From assembly GCA_951406725.2 (NCBI GenBank), contig OX597826.1, positions 73,346,001 to 73,410,000 of the forward strand: 64,000 nt of DNA, read 5' to 3'. Every line of letters starts with the position of its first letter. The stretch's first letter is position 1. Positions 26,991 through 39,730 of the stretch are shown piece after piece. The notes beneath the pieces are model-generated. The model saw only the letters and a program-made list of their open reading frames with translations, ran no database searches and had not been told where the DNA came from. Source of the stretch: Octopus vulgaris (taxonomy: Eukaryota). The translations under genes were made by a program, and so were the position numbers.

Positions 26991-27862
26991 TCTAAGTTAC
27001 GCCATCAAATATCTTTAGTTTGTTTTTGAAGCTGCTATTTACGGTACCTTACATTGCCCATACGGTAGGATAGTTAATACCAGCAAACTAACCCACCCAC
27101 ACAAGAAACCCTAAAAAAATTACACCAATTACCTACTTGTCCATCACTTCAACACATCCCTATACGTTTCATATCAAATTCTGGCATCTTCTCTTGTTTC
27201 CCTAACTCCCTCTCCCTAAAGTTCTCTCATATTTACACCTTATTCCATCCGCTACTTACCCAACAACCTCACCGGCACCAATAATATTGGGTTCAGATAT
27301 CTGGCGAGAGAACACGAACTATTTGATGCCACAGTTTTGTCTACATTAAAAGATTATAACTTCCGCCTGATCCGACTTCCGGTAGAATCAGCTAGGGAGT
27401 TCTGTCTTTCTCCCTGCTATACAGCATTTCCGGTTCGCCAGATAGAAACAAAATTACTGTAAACGTTAAGAGCTTTGGCAGATTATAGGAATCTGGCGAG
27501 GTTTATATTGCTATAAATACTGAGATACTGGTGTTTCATCTTCCGATGTATCAACAATGGTACGACAAGTGAAGGAGGAAGTATTTACGGGTCAGCTTGG
27601 ACCGCTAGAAAGAGAAGCATCAAACATTCATCAACTATACTACATCCGAGCGTTAAAAATAAAGCTGGGACACATAGAGTAACGTAGCCCTAGATACACT
27701 ATGCTTGAATAAGATCAGAACGGAGACGACTAGAGCATTTTTTTTTTATCAAAGGGTCAGCCGGTGCTAAGCAGCAATTATTTGCACAAGAATGGATCCC
27801 CTAAACCGAACATTCTGCGGAAGTATAACTGGGCAAAGATATGTCCTGAAGGATCAAGGACC

Positions 27863-27958
27863 AGTAGTAGTTGCAGCAGCAGCAGTAGTAGGAGGGGGAG
27901 CAACAGTTGTAGTGGTAGTAGTAGGAGCAGCAGTAGCAGTAATAGTAGTAGGAGGGGG

Positions 27959-28042
<84 letters not shown>

Positions 28043-28170
28043 GGTGGTGGTGGTGGTGGTGGTAGTAGTAGTAGTGGTGGTGGTGGTGGTGGTGGTGGTG
28101 GTAGTAGTTGTAGTAGTAGCAGAAGTAGTAGTAGTAGTAGTTGTAGTAGTAAGAGGAGGAGGAGGAGGAA
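27863..28170. repeat. Compound trinucleotide tract (AGC/AGT/GGT); similar tracts at 6060-6545, 48040-48550, 50035-50570 and 54045-54380; (ATT)n at 11445-11526 and 13327-13420
   Basis: Directly visible. Confidence 0.97.
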
Positions 28171-28450
28171 CGGGTTAAGCGTATGTTTACTCGTTGCATC
28201 ACATAAACACAGAACATGCGTTTGTCCCTCCGCCGACGCAATCCAGACAACGTAAGAACATTGTCGAGTATGGCGTCTAATGGATGCCTTAAAGGGCGCT
28301 TGGTTCGTTACACATGGCTGACTTAGCATTGTGTCACCAATATTTCAGTGACCCGACAGACCTAGCTTGAAATAATTACTATTATACACAAAACCAAGAC
28401 TCTCTTTCTCACCCCCACCCTCCCTTTCTCTCTCTATGTGTGTGTGTGTG

Positions 28451-28483
<33 letters not shown>

Positions 28484-28542
28484 TGTGTGTATGTATGTGT
28501 GTGTGTGACCTAAACAAGTAAAAGATTAAAGACATCTAAATA

Positions 28543-28719
28543 TTCTCTTCTACTCTAGGCACAAGGTCCCAAATTTTGGGGGATGGGGGCCAGTTGATTA
28601 GATCGACCCAGTATGCAACTGGGACTTAATTTATCGACCCCGAAAGCATGAAAGGCAAAGTCGACCTCGGCGGAATTTGAACTCAGAACGCTAAGCATTT
28701 CGCCTGGCGTACTAACGTT

Positions 28720-28720
<1 letters not shown>
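28543..28720 (-). mobile_element. SINE family A (internal deletion)
   Basis: Core TTTATCGACCCCGAAAGCATGAAAGGCAAAGTCGACCTCGGCGGAATTTGAACTCAGAACG. Confidence 0.85.
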
Positions 28721-28767
<47 letters not shown>

Positions 28768-28788
28768 TATGTGTGTGTGTGTGTACAC

Positions 28789-28850
<62 letters not shown>

Positions 28851-29269
28851 GCTTGCATGCATTCAGAAGCTCGGAAGAAGCTGTAAGGCGAAGCACTAGC
28901 ACTCAGCTCTGAGTGCATTGCATCTCGTAGCAGAAACAGCTGTAAGCTAATGAAATTAGTTACGTAATTCCTCTTCCCTTGTCTTTTATTTAATCTCATA
29001 TTACGCTCTGCACTTGTCTGACGCTTTATTCCGAAGCATACGTGTACTGAGTCCTAACACTAGGACATAAGTATTGCTGTCCGTAAGCGAAATCTGCACA
29101 TGCGCACGATCTCATACACAAATCTGTACACTCACCACACGACCTCATACCGTCCTACTTCTGTATATATTTCCGCATCACAGACAACATCATCACGCTA
29201 ACACTATATACGTAATCCACCCATACACTCCCTGATGTTGATACGGCTATGTTCGACTCGTTCTTTACT

Positions 29270-29834
29270 AAATAGAATCTGACATCATCTAGCTATTCTT
29301 GGTAATCTGCGGCCAGGGAGATTAGCTGCGTAAACTTATGTACTTGGTGAACAATCTTATGTTTATTTACGTCATTCGCTATGGGGTGGAATTCTGTAAA
29401 TCCTTGGTTCTGATTATTGATTTCTTCGTCGTTGTGTGAATGTACTGCGAGGATAATTGGTGAGTGATCAAAGCAGAATTCGGGGGATTATTTTTCCAAG
29501 TGGTTGTAGTTGTTAGTCGTGTAGAACAGAAGGTGGTATCTTAGTATAAGTATTTACAGTTGACTTGGTTGAGTTGCATGTGTATGTTGGTGTGTGTGTG
29601 TTGTTTAGGATGTAAAAGGAGGTTTAGCTGTATATGCTATTATATGACCTCCTGTATTATCTGTACTATTTGGAAACCAGGACGTGCTAACATTATTGAA
29701 ATCTCTTACCAATGTTGGTGTTTGGGAAAGTGTTAAAATGTAACAGTTGAGTGGTATAACTTGGTGGGATTGTTGGTGAAGTTCATTGTAGTATATGTAT
29801 GTGTTTATTATATGAATGTGCTTAGAGTGACTTT

Positions 29835-29872
<38 letters not shown>

Positions 29873-30240
29873 TGCATTTCCAGAGCGATTTCGTATTCCT
29901 TAAATTTGCGAATAACATTAGGGATATCTCTAGAGTCTGTTCAATTAGAGTCTGAACTATTGCTATATGAATGTCGTGTGAAGTAATAGAATATTTTAGT
30001 TCTATAAGAGTGTTTTTTAGGCTGTTGTCTTGTAATATTAAAGAAATAACTTTTTTGAGTCTGCTTTATAAAGTTTATTCCTGCGTGTGAATCTTTTTGA
30101 ATGAATTCTGTGATACATTTTAAATGTATCTTGCAGATCTGTGATAATGGAAACGGAAATAAGAGTAATTCTTGTTTTAATCGTAGCTATTGTTGATATT
30201 GTCTTACCATTGATAACGTTTCTGTAATGTTTTGTAAATA
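29270..30240 (-). pseudogene. Highly decayed Penelope-like element ORF (RT thumb, linker and GIY-YIG remnant)
   Basis: Minus-strand fragments in the expected order: INF.., KEYEIALE, NTNIGKRF..WFP, IIAYTAKP, then FCFDHSPIILAV...NQGFTE...NKHK; these resemble PLE YxxAL / TNIGKxFL / KxSYSCxPN / YIGxTE..NH motifs. Confidence 0.45.
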
Positions 30241-30819
30241 GAGTTTGTATTTCTGTGAGTATTTTTGAAACATCTTTTTAGGAATTTTTAGGAAATTTTT
30301 AGTTCGTTTTGTTCAGAAATGTAACTTCGGTCGCTCTGTGACGGAATTTCGTACACGTTAAGAAAAATAATTCTGAATGATGAGTATACAGCCTACAACC
30401 AGCATTCAAGGTGTAACCACAGTATCTCCTCTTCTGAAATACTCGGAATACCCTGTATAATTATCCATTTTCAGATGGAAGTATATATTTTTTAAAAATG
30501 ATCTTAAAATTTATACAGCAAGTCAAGCAGCCGCGTAGAAGCCTCTTCAAGTTCACAAACATTGCATTAAAAATTGTCAGTCCTATATAATTCAACCTTG
30601 GTAGTCCTATACAGTGCTCTAGTCTTTCCAGAACAAACTATAAAAAAATAACTTAACTAGTCAAATTGTACACTATGCATCATCACAGGCTGTACTCAGA
30701 AAATACCCAAACAACAGACAAAAGCATTAGAACTGAAAGACCTTGGCAAGCTTCAACTCCCATACTCCCAATGAAAGTAAAACGAAACCCATCCCCAAAC
30801 ATCTCTGAAGGCTACTATA

Positions 30820-31144
30820 AGTAAAGACCCCTTTTGGCCATGAATAACTATGGGGTTGAACTTAGAAAATTCCCCTCCGAGGCACAAGTCCTGGCAAGGT
30901 TGTTTATGGAAGACCAGCAGTCACCCATGCATACCAGCCTCCGTTCTCCACGCCACCGATGTTATCCAAAGGAAAAGGCAAAGGGGCCGATACAGCTTGG
31001 CACATTTCTGCAGCTGAGTGAACAGGTGCATTGGGAAATAAAGTGTCTTGCTCAAGAACATAACGCACAGCTCAGTCCGAGAATCGAACTCACTACTTCA
31101 TGACTGTAAGCCCGACGCTCTAACCACTGAGCCATGCGCCTTCA
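30820..31144 (-). mobile_element. tRNA-derived SINE family C with a long distinct 3' part
   Basis: Minus strand GAAGGCGCATGGCTCAGTGGTTAGAGCGTCGGGC..GAGTTCGATTC; core TCTTGAGCAAGACACTTTATTTC; tail CCTTTGCCTTTTCCTTTGGATAACATCGGTGGCGTGGAG... Confidence 0.8.
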
Positions 31145-31395
31145 CCAAGGTTACTACAACAGCATCCCCAAAACACGCGCACATTTCGAAAATGCATAAG
31201 AAACACATGCACACAGAAATAACTACTTCACTGGTCCAAACCATGCAGATAGTGTAATATATCTGGACCGTCATACTACATCCTATTAGAATCCTCATTT
31301 CGTGTTGCCCTTAGCTTGATGGACTCTTAGAACAAATGGAAAATGGATCTGTGGGGTGTGTTTCATCGTTTTCCGAATACCTGCGCGCTAAAGAA

Positions 31396-31722
31396 CTCAT
31401 CATCATCATTGTTCGACCGTGGTCGAGACAATGGGATTTACCATGCTACGCCAGACTTCACGGTCCATCATGGCATTACGGAGGTCCTGTTGCTGGATGC
31501 CTGTATCCCTGGAGATTACATCAGGGTAGGAGAGTGTGCGCCCTCTGGTGTTGCGAGTAGATGGCTTCCAGAGGAGAAGAGTAAAATTACCTTGTTTTCA
31601 GCTCTACAACAACGTCCAGCAAACTGGACTCTCCTACCTTTCACAAGAGATGACACAGGTGGTAGTTTCCCATATATTTGCATTTTGGTTGGATGACGCT
31701 TCCACGAGAGATTTTGAGCTCT
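31396..31722 (-). pseudogene. 5'-truncated 3' end of an RTE-clade LINE with (TGA)n tail
   Basis: Minus translation RAQNLSWKRHPTKMQIYGKLPPVSSLVKGRRVQFAGRCCRAENKVI/LLLWKPSTRNTRGRTLSYPDVISRDTG...AMMDREVWRSMV; tail CAATGATGATGATGA; possible TSD AAGAACT. Confidence 0.8.
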
Positions 31723-32492
31723 AAGAACTGCACGATCGAGACTGATCTGAGGCGAAACAACAGCAACTGAAATTACGGCTTCAACCCACAGCCCTTATTC
31801 AAACATTCTCCCTATTTCCTATCTACCTACTGATTACTCGTTTCCTCGCCTACATCATTCACTATAAGCATTACTACCCGGCGAGTACCCGCACCGACGC
31901 TCGTGTCTTCTTCAGTAAATTTACCTTGGTTTCCATAAACTATATATAAAGTAAGTACTTTAAAGTATAATGTGTCCTGAGGCGGCTGTTATTTAGAAAA
32001 AAATGTATAACGTTGAAGTGTGTGTAATGTAGAGTTGCAGGGTGTGTAAATGATATTGAGAGCAAACTTTCAATAACATATACACCTGAGAGTAATGCGA
32101 TGGAAGTGGGGCGGGCGGAGGGGGCTTATTACTGCAACTTCTGTCTCTAGATGGAATTTAGTTATCAGGGTTTCCTGGCTAATCACCGCTTCCTCTTGCA
32201 AAGTGTCTCCAATACTTACTTGCATTTTCTATGTCTTCCTCTTCTTCTTATACATACTTTTATTTATTTATCTATCTGTCAATCTATCTAATTAACTGGC
32301 TATACGTCTACCTACCTACCGACCTACATACATACATACATACATACCTATCTATGCATCTATTTATCTATCTATCCATCCATCAGTCCATTCTATCTAT
32401 CAACCTACCTACATATGTGTATCTATCAATCTACCTAGCCATCCATCTACCTATCTATCATTTATCTATCTATTTATCTATCTATCAGTCTC

Positions 32493-32773
32493 GTCAATAT
32501 CATCGCGTCTCCTTCCTTCAAACGGGAAGAAAGAGCTATTTTCATCACACTTGTGGCTATGGCGAAAGAATGTATCTGGTGGATGCGTCTGAAAGGATTA
32601 GAGAAAACACTTTCCTCTCTAGTCAATCTTTCATCAACTTCAAGTACCACTTTAAAAGGAAAGTGAGAGTAGAGAGGCAAGTTTTGTCTAGCGAATGTTT
32701 CAAAAAAAGATGGGTGAATGTAGCAAGGATGGCACGTATGAATGACGAAGCCACCTTGAGCATAATCCTATGA
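32493..32773 (+). pseudogene. 3' end of a Tx1/L1-clade LINE ORF2 (one frameshift)
   Basis: Translates VNIIASPSFKREERAIFITLVAMAKECIWWMRLKGLE/NTFLSSQSFINFKYHFKRKVRVERQVLSSECFKKRWVNVARMA...L*, the AKxxIWxxR...FxxRW tail typical of L1/Tx1 ORF2. Confidence 0.75.
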
Positions 32774-32977
32774 ACCCGAAAAAGTTTAAAATAGGGAGTT
32801 ACTGGCATGTATTTGTCTATCCATCCATCCATCTCTCCATACCACCGGTTTGGCAAGACCTGTCACCCCTTCGTATGTCGACCTACTTTACATTCTACTC
32901 ACCCATCCCTCTACACACAATCTTACCTGCCACCCCTAACAGATGTATCAACACGAACCAATATTACTGTCTACGCC

Positions 32978-33195
32978 CAAGATGGCGAGATGGCAGAACC
33001 GTTAGCACGCCGGGCAAATCGCTTTGAAGCATTTCGTCCGTCTTTTCGTTCTGAGTTCAAATACCACCGAGGTCGACTTTAATTTTCATCCTTTTCGGGG
33101 TCCATAAAATAAGTACCAGTTAAACACTGGGGTCGATGTTATTGATTTACCCCCTCCTCTGAAACTGCTGGCCTTGTGCCAAAATTGGAAATCAG
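32978..33195 (+). mobile_element. SINE family A, full length
   Basis: GATGGCGAGATGGCAGAACCGTTAGCACG head, GAGTTCAAATACC B-box, conserved core; imperfect flanking direct repeat (TATT.CTGT.TAC..CCAA). Confidence 0.85.
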
Positions 33196-33266
33196 TATTT
33201 CTGTTTACCCCAAAATTACACATTTAATTCCTATCCTATTGCATCTACTTGTCTTTCTGTTTCTTT

Positions 33267-33447
33267 CCAACCGGTGGTGGTGTGTTTACGTCATCGTAAC
33301 TTAGTGGTTCGACAAAGAGACCAATAGGAAAAGTGCAAGGCTTTGCAAAAAGCAGAGAATAAGTACGATTAGTTCGACTAAAATTCTTCAAGATGGTGCC
33401 TCAGCATGGCCACAGTCTAATGACTGAAACGAGTAAAAGATAAAAGA
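33267..33447 (+). mobile_element. SINE family B 3' half
   Basis: CAACCGGTGGTGGTGTGTTTACGTC..CGTAACTTAG...CAGCATGGCCACAGTCTAATGACTGAAAC. Confidence 0.75.
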
Positions 33448-34027
33448 TATAGATACACGCACACACACACACATACACACACACACACACAAAGCGGAAG
33501 GAGAAGAATGAGAGAGAGAGAGGAAGACAGCTTTAAAGAAGCGAAAATGTGAGATATAATGAGGACTTTCTGTTGTCTAGCTGAGCAGGAGATTATTGGT
33601 AAATTTATACACCCTAGTTCTCACACACACACACACACACACACACCAAACACAACAACAAACTGTGTGTCCGTATTGTTGCTGTGTGTATTAAAACTTT
33701 TGGAGGAGTTGTGGGTTTGTGAGTGAATTTTAAAATCTCTCTTTGCCCTACTCTTTCTCTTTCCCTCTTCCTTTACTCTTTCTCTCTCTCTCTCTTTCTC
33801 TCACTGCCTCTCCCCACCCAAGCCTCTCTTCCATTTAGCGAGCCTCGTTTAAGCAGCCTTGACATTGTGTTCATACGATGTCTAAGGTAGATGATCTAAC
33901 TAACCAACAGTCGACTAACTGTTCGAATTAAACCTTATCTTCCCCTCAAAACAACTCATAATTGTTTCCCATCTCTCTTCCTATTTTTTTCTACTTTTAC
34001 TGTGTTTTTTAACATTTCTCTCTCTCT

Positions 34028-34069
<42 letters not shown>

Positions 34070-35295
34070 CTCTCGTCATTTCTCTCAATTTCTTCTTGCA
34101 TCTCTTCCACGTATTATTTTATCGTCTGCTTCAGTTTCTCAACTGTAGCCAAACAAATGAGACGAGCGTCGTGACCAAATCTACAAATAGAAGAGAGAGA
34201 AAGAAAGAAAGAAAGAGAGAGAGGGACAGAGAGAGGGGGGGGGGAGAAAAGATTAAAGAAAAACAAAGATAAATATTTCTAACAGAAAACCAAACAAAAC
34301 AAATAAAATGAAGTGAATAAATATCATAGTAAAAAGTAATAACCAAAAAACGAAATAAAAAAGAAAATGGATAAAAAAAACCGTGACCTAAGCGGTGCTT
34401 TCAATAAGCTGAATGTTCGTGAATGTAATTTAATCTACCTCGTGGCTTTTCTTGTTTTTCTCTCCTTCACGGCCACTTAACAATACTGCTACTGACTTTC
34501 ACGCCTCCTTTTGTAGAGAGTTACTTATGCTCAATACAACACGAACTGAGGATGTCTTCAAGTGATAAATTTATTTCACTGGGAAAAACACAGTGGGAAA
34601 GAAACTGCGGGCATTTTTCCTATAAAGATTTAATTACTTTATCCCTGTTGTCGATGTTTTGTGAAAACAAGTTCGATTCCACTGTACAACACAAGTTTCC
34701 ATCAATTTTGTTTTCCCCCTCTAAAGTAAAGCATTTAAAATTTTTTTCTTTACCGTATTGTTTGTCAGATGAAATGATGTTTCAGTTTATGTCGGAACAA
34801 GGGAGAATTAAAACAAAGGGGAAACAATTTTAAGTAATGGAACAGAAAACACCCTATCCCCGATAGATAATTTTTTAATCTACTGACAGGCCGGGCAGTC
34901 AACAGATAGAAAGTGGATAGGAATAACATAATGTAAACCAGTGAATTTTGGAATTAAAAACATCCTCAGAGATTCAAATGCTATCAACAGAAATTGGATA
35001 AATAAAGGTTATGGTAATGTGAAACCGATGATGGGTAACCAATAATTGGTTAATCAACGATGGGTTAGCAATTGAGAAATCAACCGAATGGTAAATTGGA
35101 TGACACAATGTGTCGGTTATAGTAACAAATTGAAAGGAAATACCAAGCACTGCAATGCAACAAATAATCACCAAGCGAACCGATTTCAATTGCTGCGACT
35201 TTTCTTTGGATAAAACCACCACTGGGAAAAATTTATCACTCAATCTCCTTTCATCTACGGTAAATGTGTAAGCTTAAAATCGATGTAAGAAATAA

Positions 35296-35508
35296 CGGTT
35301 TCTTATTTTGGCACAAGGCCAGCAATTTCAGGAGAGAAGGTACGGCGTTTATATCGACCCCAGTGCTCAACTGGTCCTTATTTTATCGACCCCGAAAGAA
35401 TGAACGGTAAAGTCGACCTCGGCGGAATTTAAACTCAAAACGTGCAGACGGACAAAATGCCGCTAAGCATTTCGTCCGGTGTGGTTACAATTCTGCCAGC
35501 TTGCCGCC
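35296..35508 (-). mobile_element. SINE family A, full length
   Basis: Matches the family consensus along its length. Confidence 0.85.
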
Positions 35509-36065
35509 TCAATTTGACCATACTTTGTGATCATAAATCCATAAATTCATCCAAAGTTATATTTTGACCCTCAATAAAACCAAAACATTATTCACAAACT
35601 AAGGAAAGGGGTTAATTTTCTAGGCCATATTTATATCGAAAATGTACTCGTTTCCATTTCTAGTTGTAGTGAAAAACCCCTTCTGTTTTTGTTTCAAGTC
35701 GAAACTAACCGTCCTCCCCCTCGCCTCGCTCTTCCTCTCGCTTTACTTTGAGCTGGTTTCACTGACATCATTCTTATCGGTGCCACAGATACTTTCATGA
35801 ATAAATATAGAGGAAATCATTCCGATCATTACAATTTGGTCGTTGACACAGTTAAAAGGTCAGGGATCATCAGAACCTGTCCTAATAGTTAAATAGTTAT
35901 ATAGTTATATAGTACATGACATTTGAACGTTAAAAATCTGTTGTTTCTGAAATGAAAGAAAAAAAAGAAGAAAAAAACTTCTGTCTAAACTGAAACACTC
36001 CCAGACCAATAAATAATCAAACTTTAACCAAGAACAGTTTCAGAGACCACCAAGCAAGTAGTAAA

Positions 36066-36270
36066 TTGGTTTCAAATTTTGGCACAAGGTCAGCAATTTG
36101 GGGGGCGTTGGGAGCGTGGGGGGTACTAGTCGATTACGTCGACCCCAGTGCACAATTGACGCTTATTTTATACTTTTCTACTCTAGGCAGAAGGCCCGAA
36201 ATTTGGGAGAGGGGGGCCAGTCGATTAGAGCGACCCCAGTATCCAACTGGTACTTAATTTATCGACCCCG
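36066..36270 (-). mobile_element. Two adjacent 3' halves of SINE family A
   Basis: Two successive GGCA.AAGG...GTCGATTA...GACCCCAGT segments. Confidence 0.7.
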
Positions 36271-36713
36271 TCGTGGTGGTTGTGGTGGTGGTGGTGGTGG
36301 TGGTGGTGGTGGTGGTGGTGGTATATGATGATCAACGACGACAAAGCCATACATACTGTGTCTGAAGAATAAGGGAACCAAACAGAGCTCTGAAAAGAAT
36401 AGGATTTAACTAAAATTATAGTTGTGAAATTCCAAAACTGTTCATTGCATCAAAGCAAATTTCAAGGTTTCGGTGGTTTCTATGTATGTGCCGCCGTTGT
36501 CATTTTTTAAAAATACATATTTAATATCAGTGTATGATGACGTGACATCGCTAGAAGCAGAACGATGTCTTGTCATTTGTAGCCAAAAACACTCAGATCC
36601 CATTGACCATTCTCTTCCATGTTTCCATGTCTTCTATTATCTCTGATAGCAAACAGGGAAGCAAGGAGAAACAAGCAAAGTTTGTGTCTTCCAGTCAACT
36701 GTAGCACATATGT

Positions 36714-36808
36714 TCGACTAGGTCTGCTTCTCCTTCATTTACCATACACTGGTTCCCATATTCGACCAGGTCTGCTTCTCCTTCTTTTACAATACACTGG
36801 TTCCCATA
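36714..36808. repeat. Tandem duplication of about 47 bp
   Basis: TTCGAC.AGGTCTGCTTCTCCTTC.TTTAC.ATACACTGGTTCCCATA twice. Confidence 0.9.
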
Positions 36809-37113
36809 ATAATAGTTGACGTACAACTCCATCTTCTCTACATCAATAATGTCCCACAAACAACATTTGATGGTTTCTCTTAATAATGCTACACGCCCAT
36901 ATAAAACATTCTTATGTAAATGTTTCTCCCAAGAAATGTTCTTCCTTTTCCTTAACATCTTGATATACATTTTTACGGAGATGTACTTGCATAGCAAGTG
37001 ACTTGATCTGAGATCATGTGCTAGAACGAAAACAATTGCAGCGTGGAAGGTGTTTATAAGCCATCTAAGAAACACACAAAAACCGTTAGATTCACTTCAA
37101 CATTTAAATTTAA

Positions 37114-37163
37114 TTTGTCAAAATATTTTCGTCGCTTTGAGACGCGACCTGTTCACTGACAAA
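37114..37163 (-). ncRNA. Minimal type-I hammerhead ribozyme with compensatory G3:C8 core
   Basis: Minus strand UUUGUCA-GUGAACA-G GUCGC gucucaaa GCGAC-GAAA-AUAU-UU|UGACAAA: 7-bp stem I, 5-bp stem II, palindromic AAUAUU stem III. Confidence 0.7.
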
Positions 37164-37217
37164 ACTCCGTGCTGCATCTCTATACATTGTTTTCTATTAC
37201 TTTCATAACTTCATAGG

Positions 37218-37516
37218 TGAAGGCGCGTGGCTTAGTGGCTAGGGGTGTTCGACTTACGATTGTAAGGTTATGAGCGCCATTCCCTGCGGCGCGTTGTGTC
37301 CTTGGGCAAGACACTTTATTTCACGTTGCCCCAGTCCACTCAGCTGGTAAAAATGAGTCACACCTGTAATTCAAAGGGTCATTTGTGGTGTGTCACACTG
37401 AATCTCTCTGAGGGTTACCGTTAAGGGCACACGTGTCTGTAGTAGAGTGCTCAGGCCACTTGCTCGTACATTTCACGAGCATGCTATTCTGTTGATCGGA
37501 TCAACTGGAACCCTCA
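37218..37516 (+). mobile_element. SINE family C, full length
   Basis: GAAGGCGCGTGGCTTAGTGG head; TGTGTCCTTGGGCAAGACACTTTATTTCACG core; tail GTTGATCGGATCAACTGGAACCCTC. Confidence 0.85.
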
Positions 37517-38521
37517 TAATCATAGCTTTCATAACTACCCACCATTCACATCCATATATCGGTGGTTTCTATAGCAACTCTAAGGCCTGTATTTTGAGGT
37601 CATTAGATATATTTGAATCCCACATTGAGAACATCTTGTTCATTACTGACAAACCATATCAGTTCAATTTCTGTTCATTGTTTCTTTTTAAGTTTTCTAC
37701 TCATTATCCTAACCATCTGAAGTCATTTGCTCATTTCAAGGTTTCATCATTTGCAGAGCTCTATAAATATAGTTAATTCATTCACAAACCACTTAGTAAG
37801 AGTCCCGCTTTATCAGACTTTCTATTAGTGTTCCATTCGTCATCCGACGTTTTCTTAATCTTTGCTTTCAGTAGAAAACTTTCAAATTACGCGTTATCTT
37901 TTCAAGGAATGTGTTTACACAAGCAACAATTCTGTTTTATCTTTTACTGAATATATAATGTTACTAATTAGCGATTAAGTCTTTCCAACCAGCTATCAGC
38001 CACGTGTCCTTCTTGTGTCCAGAGGTCGGCTTGCCAACTCTCTGTATTGCCCGCTATATAATCAGCCAGGCTTCTGTTTCCGTTTACAACGGCCTCTTGC
38101 TCTCTTTCCCTCCGCATTTCTTGTCAGAATGGTCTTGGGAAGTGACTCATAGAGCATCGTATGTCAAAAATGTGAGCTAAGTAATATCTTTGGTCTTTCA
38201 GCTTTTCCAGAACTACAAGATTTGTTACGCCCTTTCCAATTTGTTCTGTCCAATCTACATTGTTTGTACACGCTTGTCTTTGTTCTTACTTGTTTTCATA
38301 ACTTGGAACAGAAAGGGTTTCTTCGTGTGCGACAGAAGTGATGTGAGCAGTATTCTGAGGGAGTGGAAAATGTAGACCATCGATTGGAAAAAAACAAAGG
38401 AGATTGTATCACCACACTATCAGTTAGGCGTTTAAAGATGTGGAGTATATATGTATGTATATATATATATATATATATATGCATATATATATGTATATAT
38501 GTATATGTATAAATAAATATA

Positions 38522-38589
<68 letters not shown>

Positions 38590-38595
<6 letters not shown>

Positions 38596-38699
38596 GAATT
38601 TACAAAAAAGAACAAAAGACGAAGACGGATGTGTAAACAACTAACAGATGTATTAGTTTAACGATCGGGAAATGAGAAAGTCTTTTACGTTTCGAGCCT

Positions 38700-38701
<2 letters not shown>
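38590..38701 (-). mobile_element. Truncated copy of the HHR-bearing short repeat (3' half of the hammerhead only)
   Basis: Reverse complement reads CGTAGGCTCGAAACGTAAAAGACTTTCTC... and matches 12050-12150; sits between (TA)n and (TG)n. Confidence 0.7.
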
Positions 38702-38737
<36 letters not shown>

Positions 38738-38983
38738 AATAAACACGCGTATCTTGGCCAATTTTAGACCACGTGGACCAGTTATGACCACAGCCGATTT
38801 TTACCAGACGAGGCAAAGGCAGACAGGGAGATACAAACAGACAGAATAAATGAACACAAGAAACAAAGTACAGGACTTGCACTGTATCAACACGACCCTA
38901 AAAGGAAGAAGGATAACGGGCAAAGTTGTTCTTGGCAATATATTCGACATCCTAATAAACCCGTGTTTGTATGTATATGTGCG

Positions 38984-39054
<71 letters not shown>

Positions 39055-39140
39055 GTGATGTCTGATGTATTTAAAGTAGGACATATTTAAAGAAGTGGAG
39101 TATGTTTTCTTAATGTAGTGGATATACATAAACAAGTGGG

Positions 39141-39227
<87 letters not shown>

Positions 39228-39587
39228 TCTGTGTGTCTGTGTGTGTGTGTGTGTGTGTGTCTGTGTCTGTGTGTGAGTGTGTGAAGAAGTCCTTTGAACA
39301 GCTTTTTTAAACCAAAGCAACTCGTGAAGGTCTGATAAGATGAATGCCATATTATCAGCGAAATCAATGAAGCATAATAATTGTGGTGATGGGTTCCAGT
39401 CATGGATAGAGCGTCTGATTATCAGATTATAGTTGGCCCTTTGCAAATACGGTTCAGTAGAAAACGGGGTTAATATGGTGATGAGCGAAATAAGGGTTCG
39501 TATTAAATAAACAAGAGATTAAAATCGATTATCTTGAGTTTGTTTCGTGAATGCGTCGATACGTTAGGAAATGCAGACATGCATATA

Positions 39588-39730
39588 TTCTTTTATTCTT
39601 TTATACGTTTCAGTCATTTGACCGCAGTCATGCTGGAGCACCACCTTGAAGGGTTTTGCTCGAAGGAACCGATGGTGGGGGCGGGAACAAACACAGACAC
39701 AAACACACATACACATAAACATACGACGAG
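39588..39730 (-). mobile_element. SINE family B 3' half
   Basis: GTTTCAGTCATTTGACCGCAGTCATGCTGGAGCACCACCTTGAAG. Confidence 0.7.

Noticed and set aside
27764-28329. Ser/Gly-, Val-, Leu/Pro- and Tyr/His-rich ORFs in four frames
   Set aside because: A trinucleotide tract is open in several frames on both strands and there is no unique coding context.
31070-31144. Possible tRNA gene (also heads at 37218, 40292, 23160 and 1560-1618)
   Set aside because: A/B boxes are present but there is no complete cloverleaf, and each continues into a SINE body.
31343-31696. 117-aa plus-strand ORF
   Set aside because: It is the antisense of the RTE LINE 3' fragment on the minus strand.
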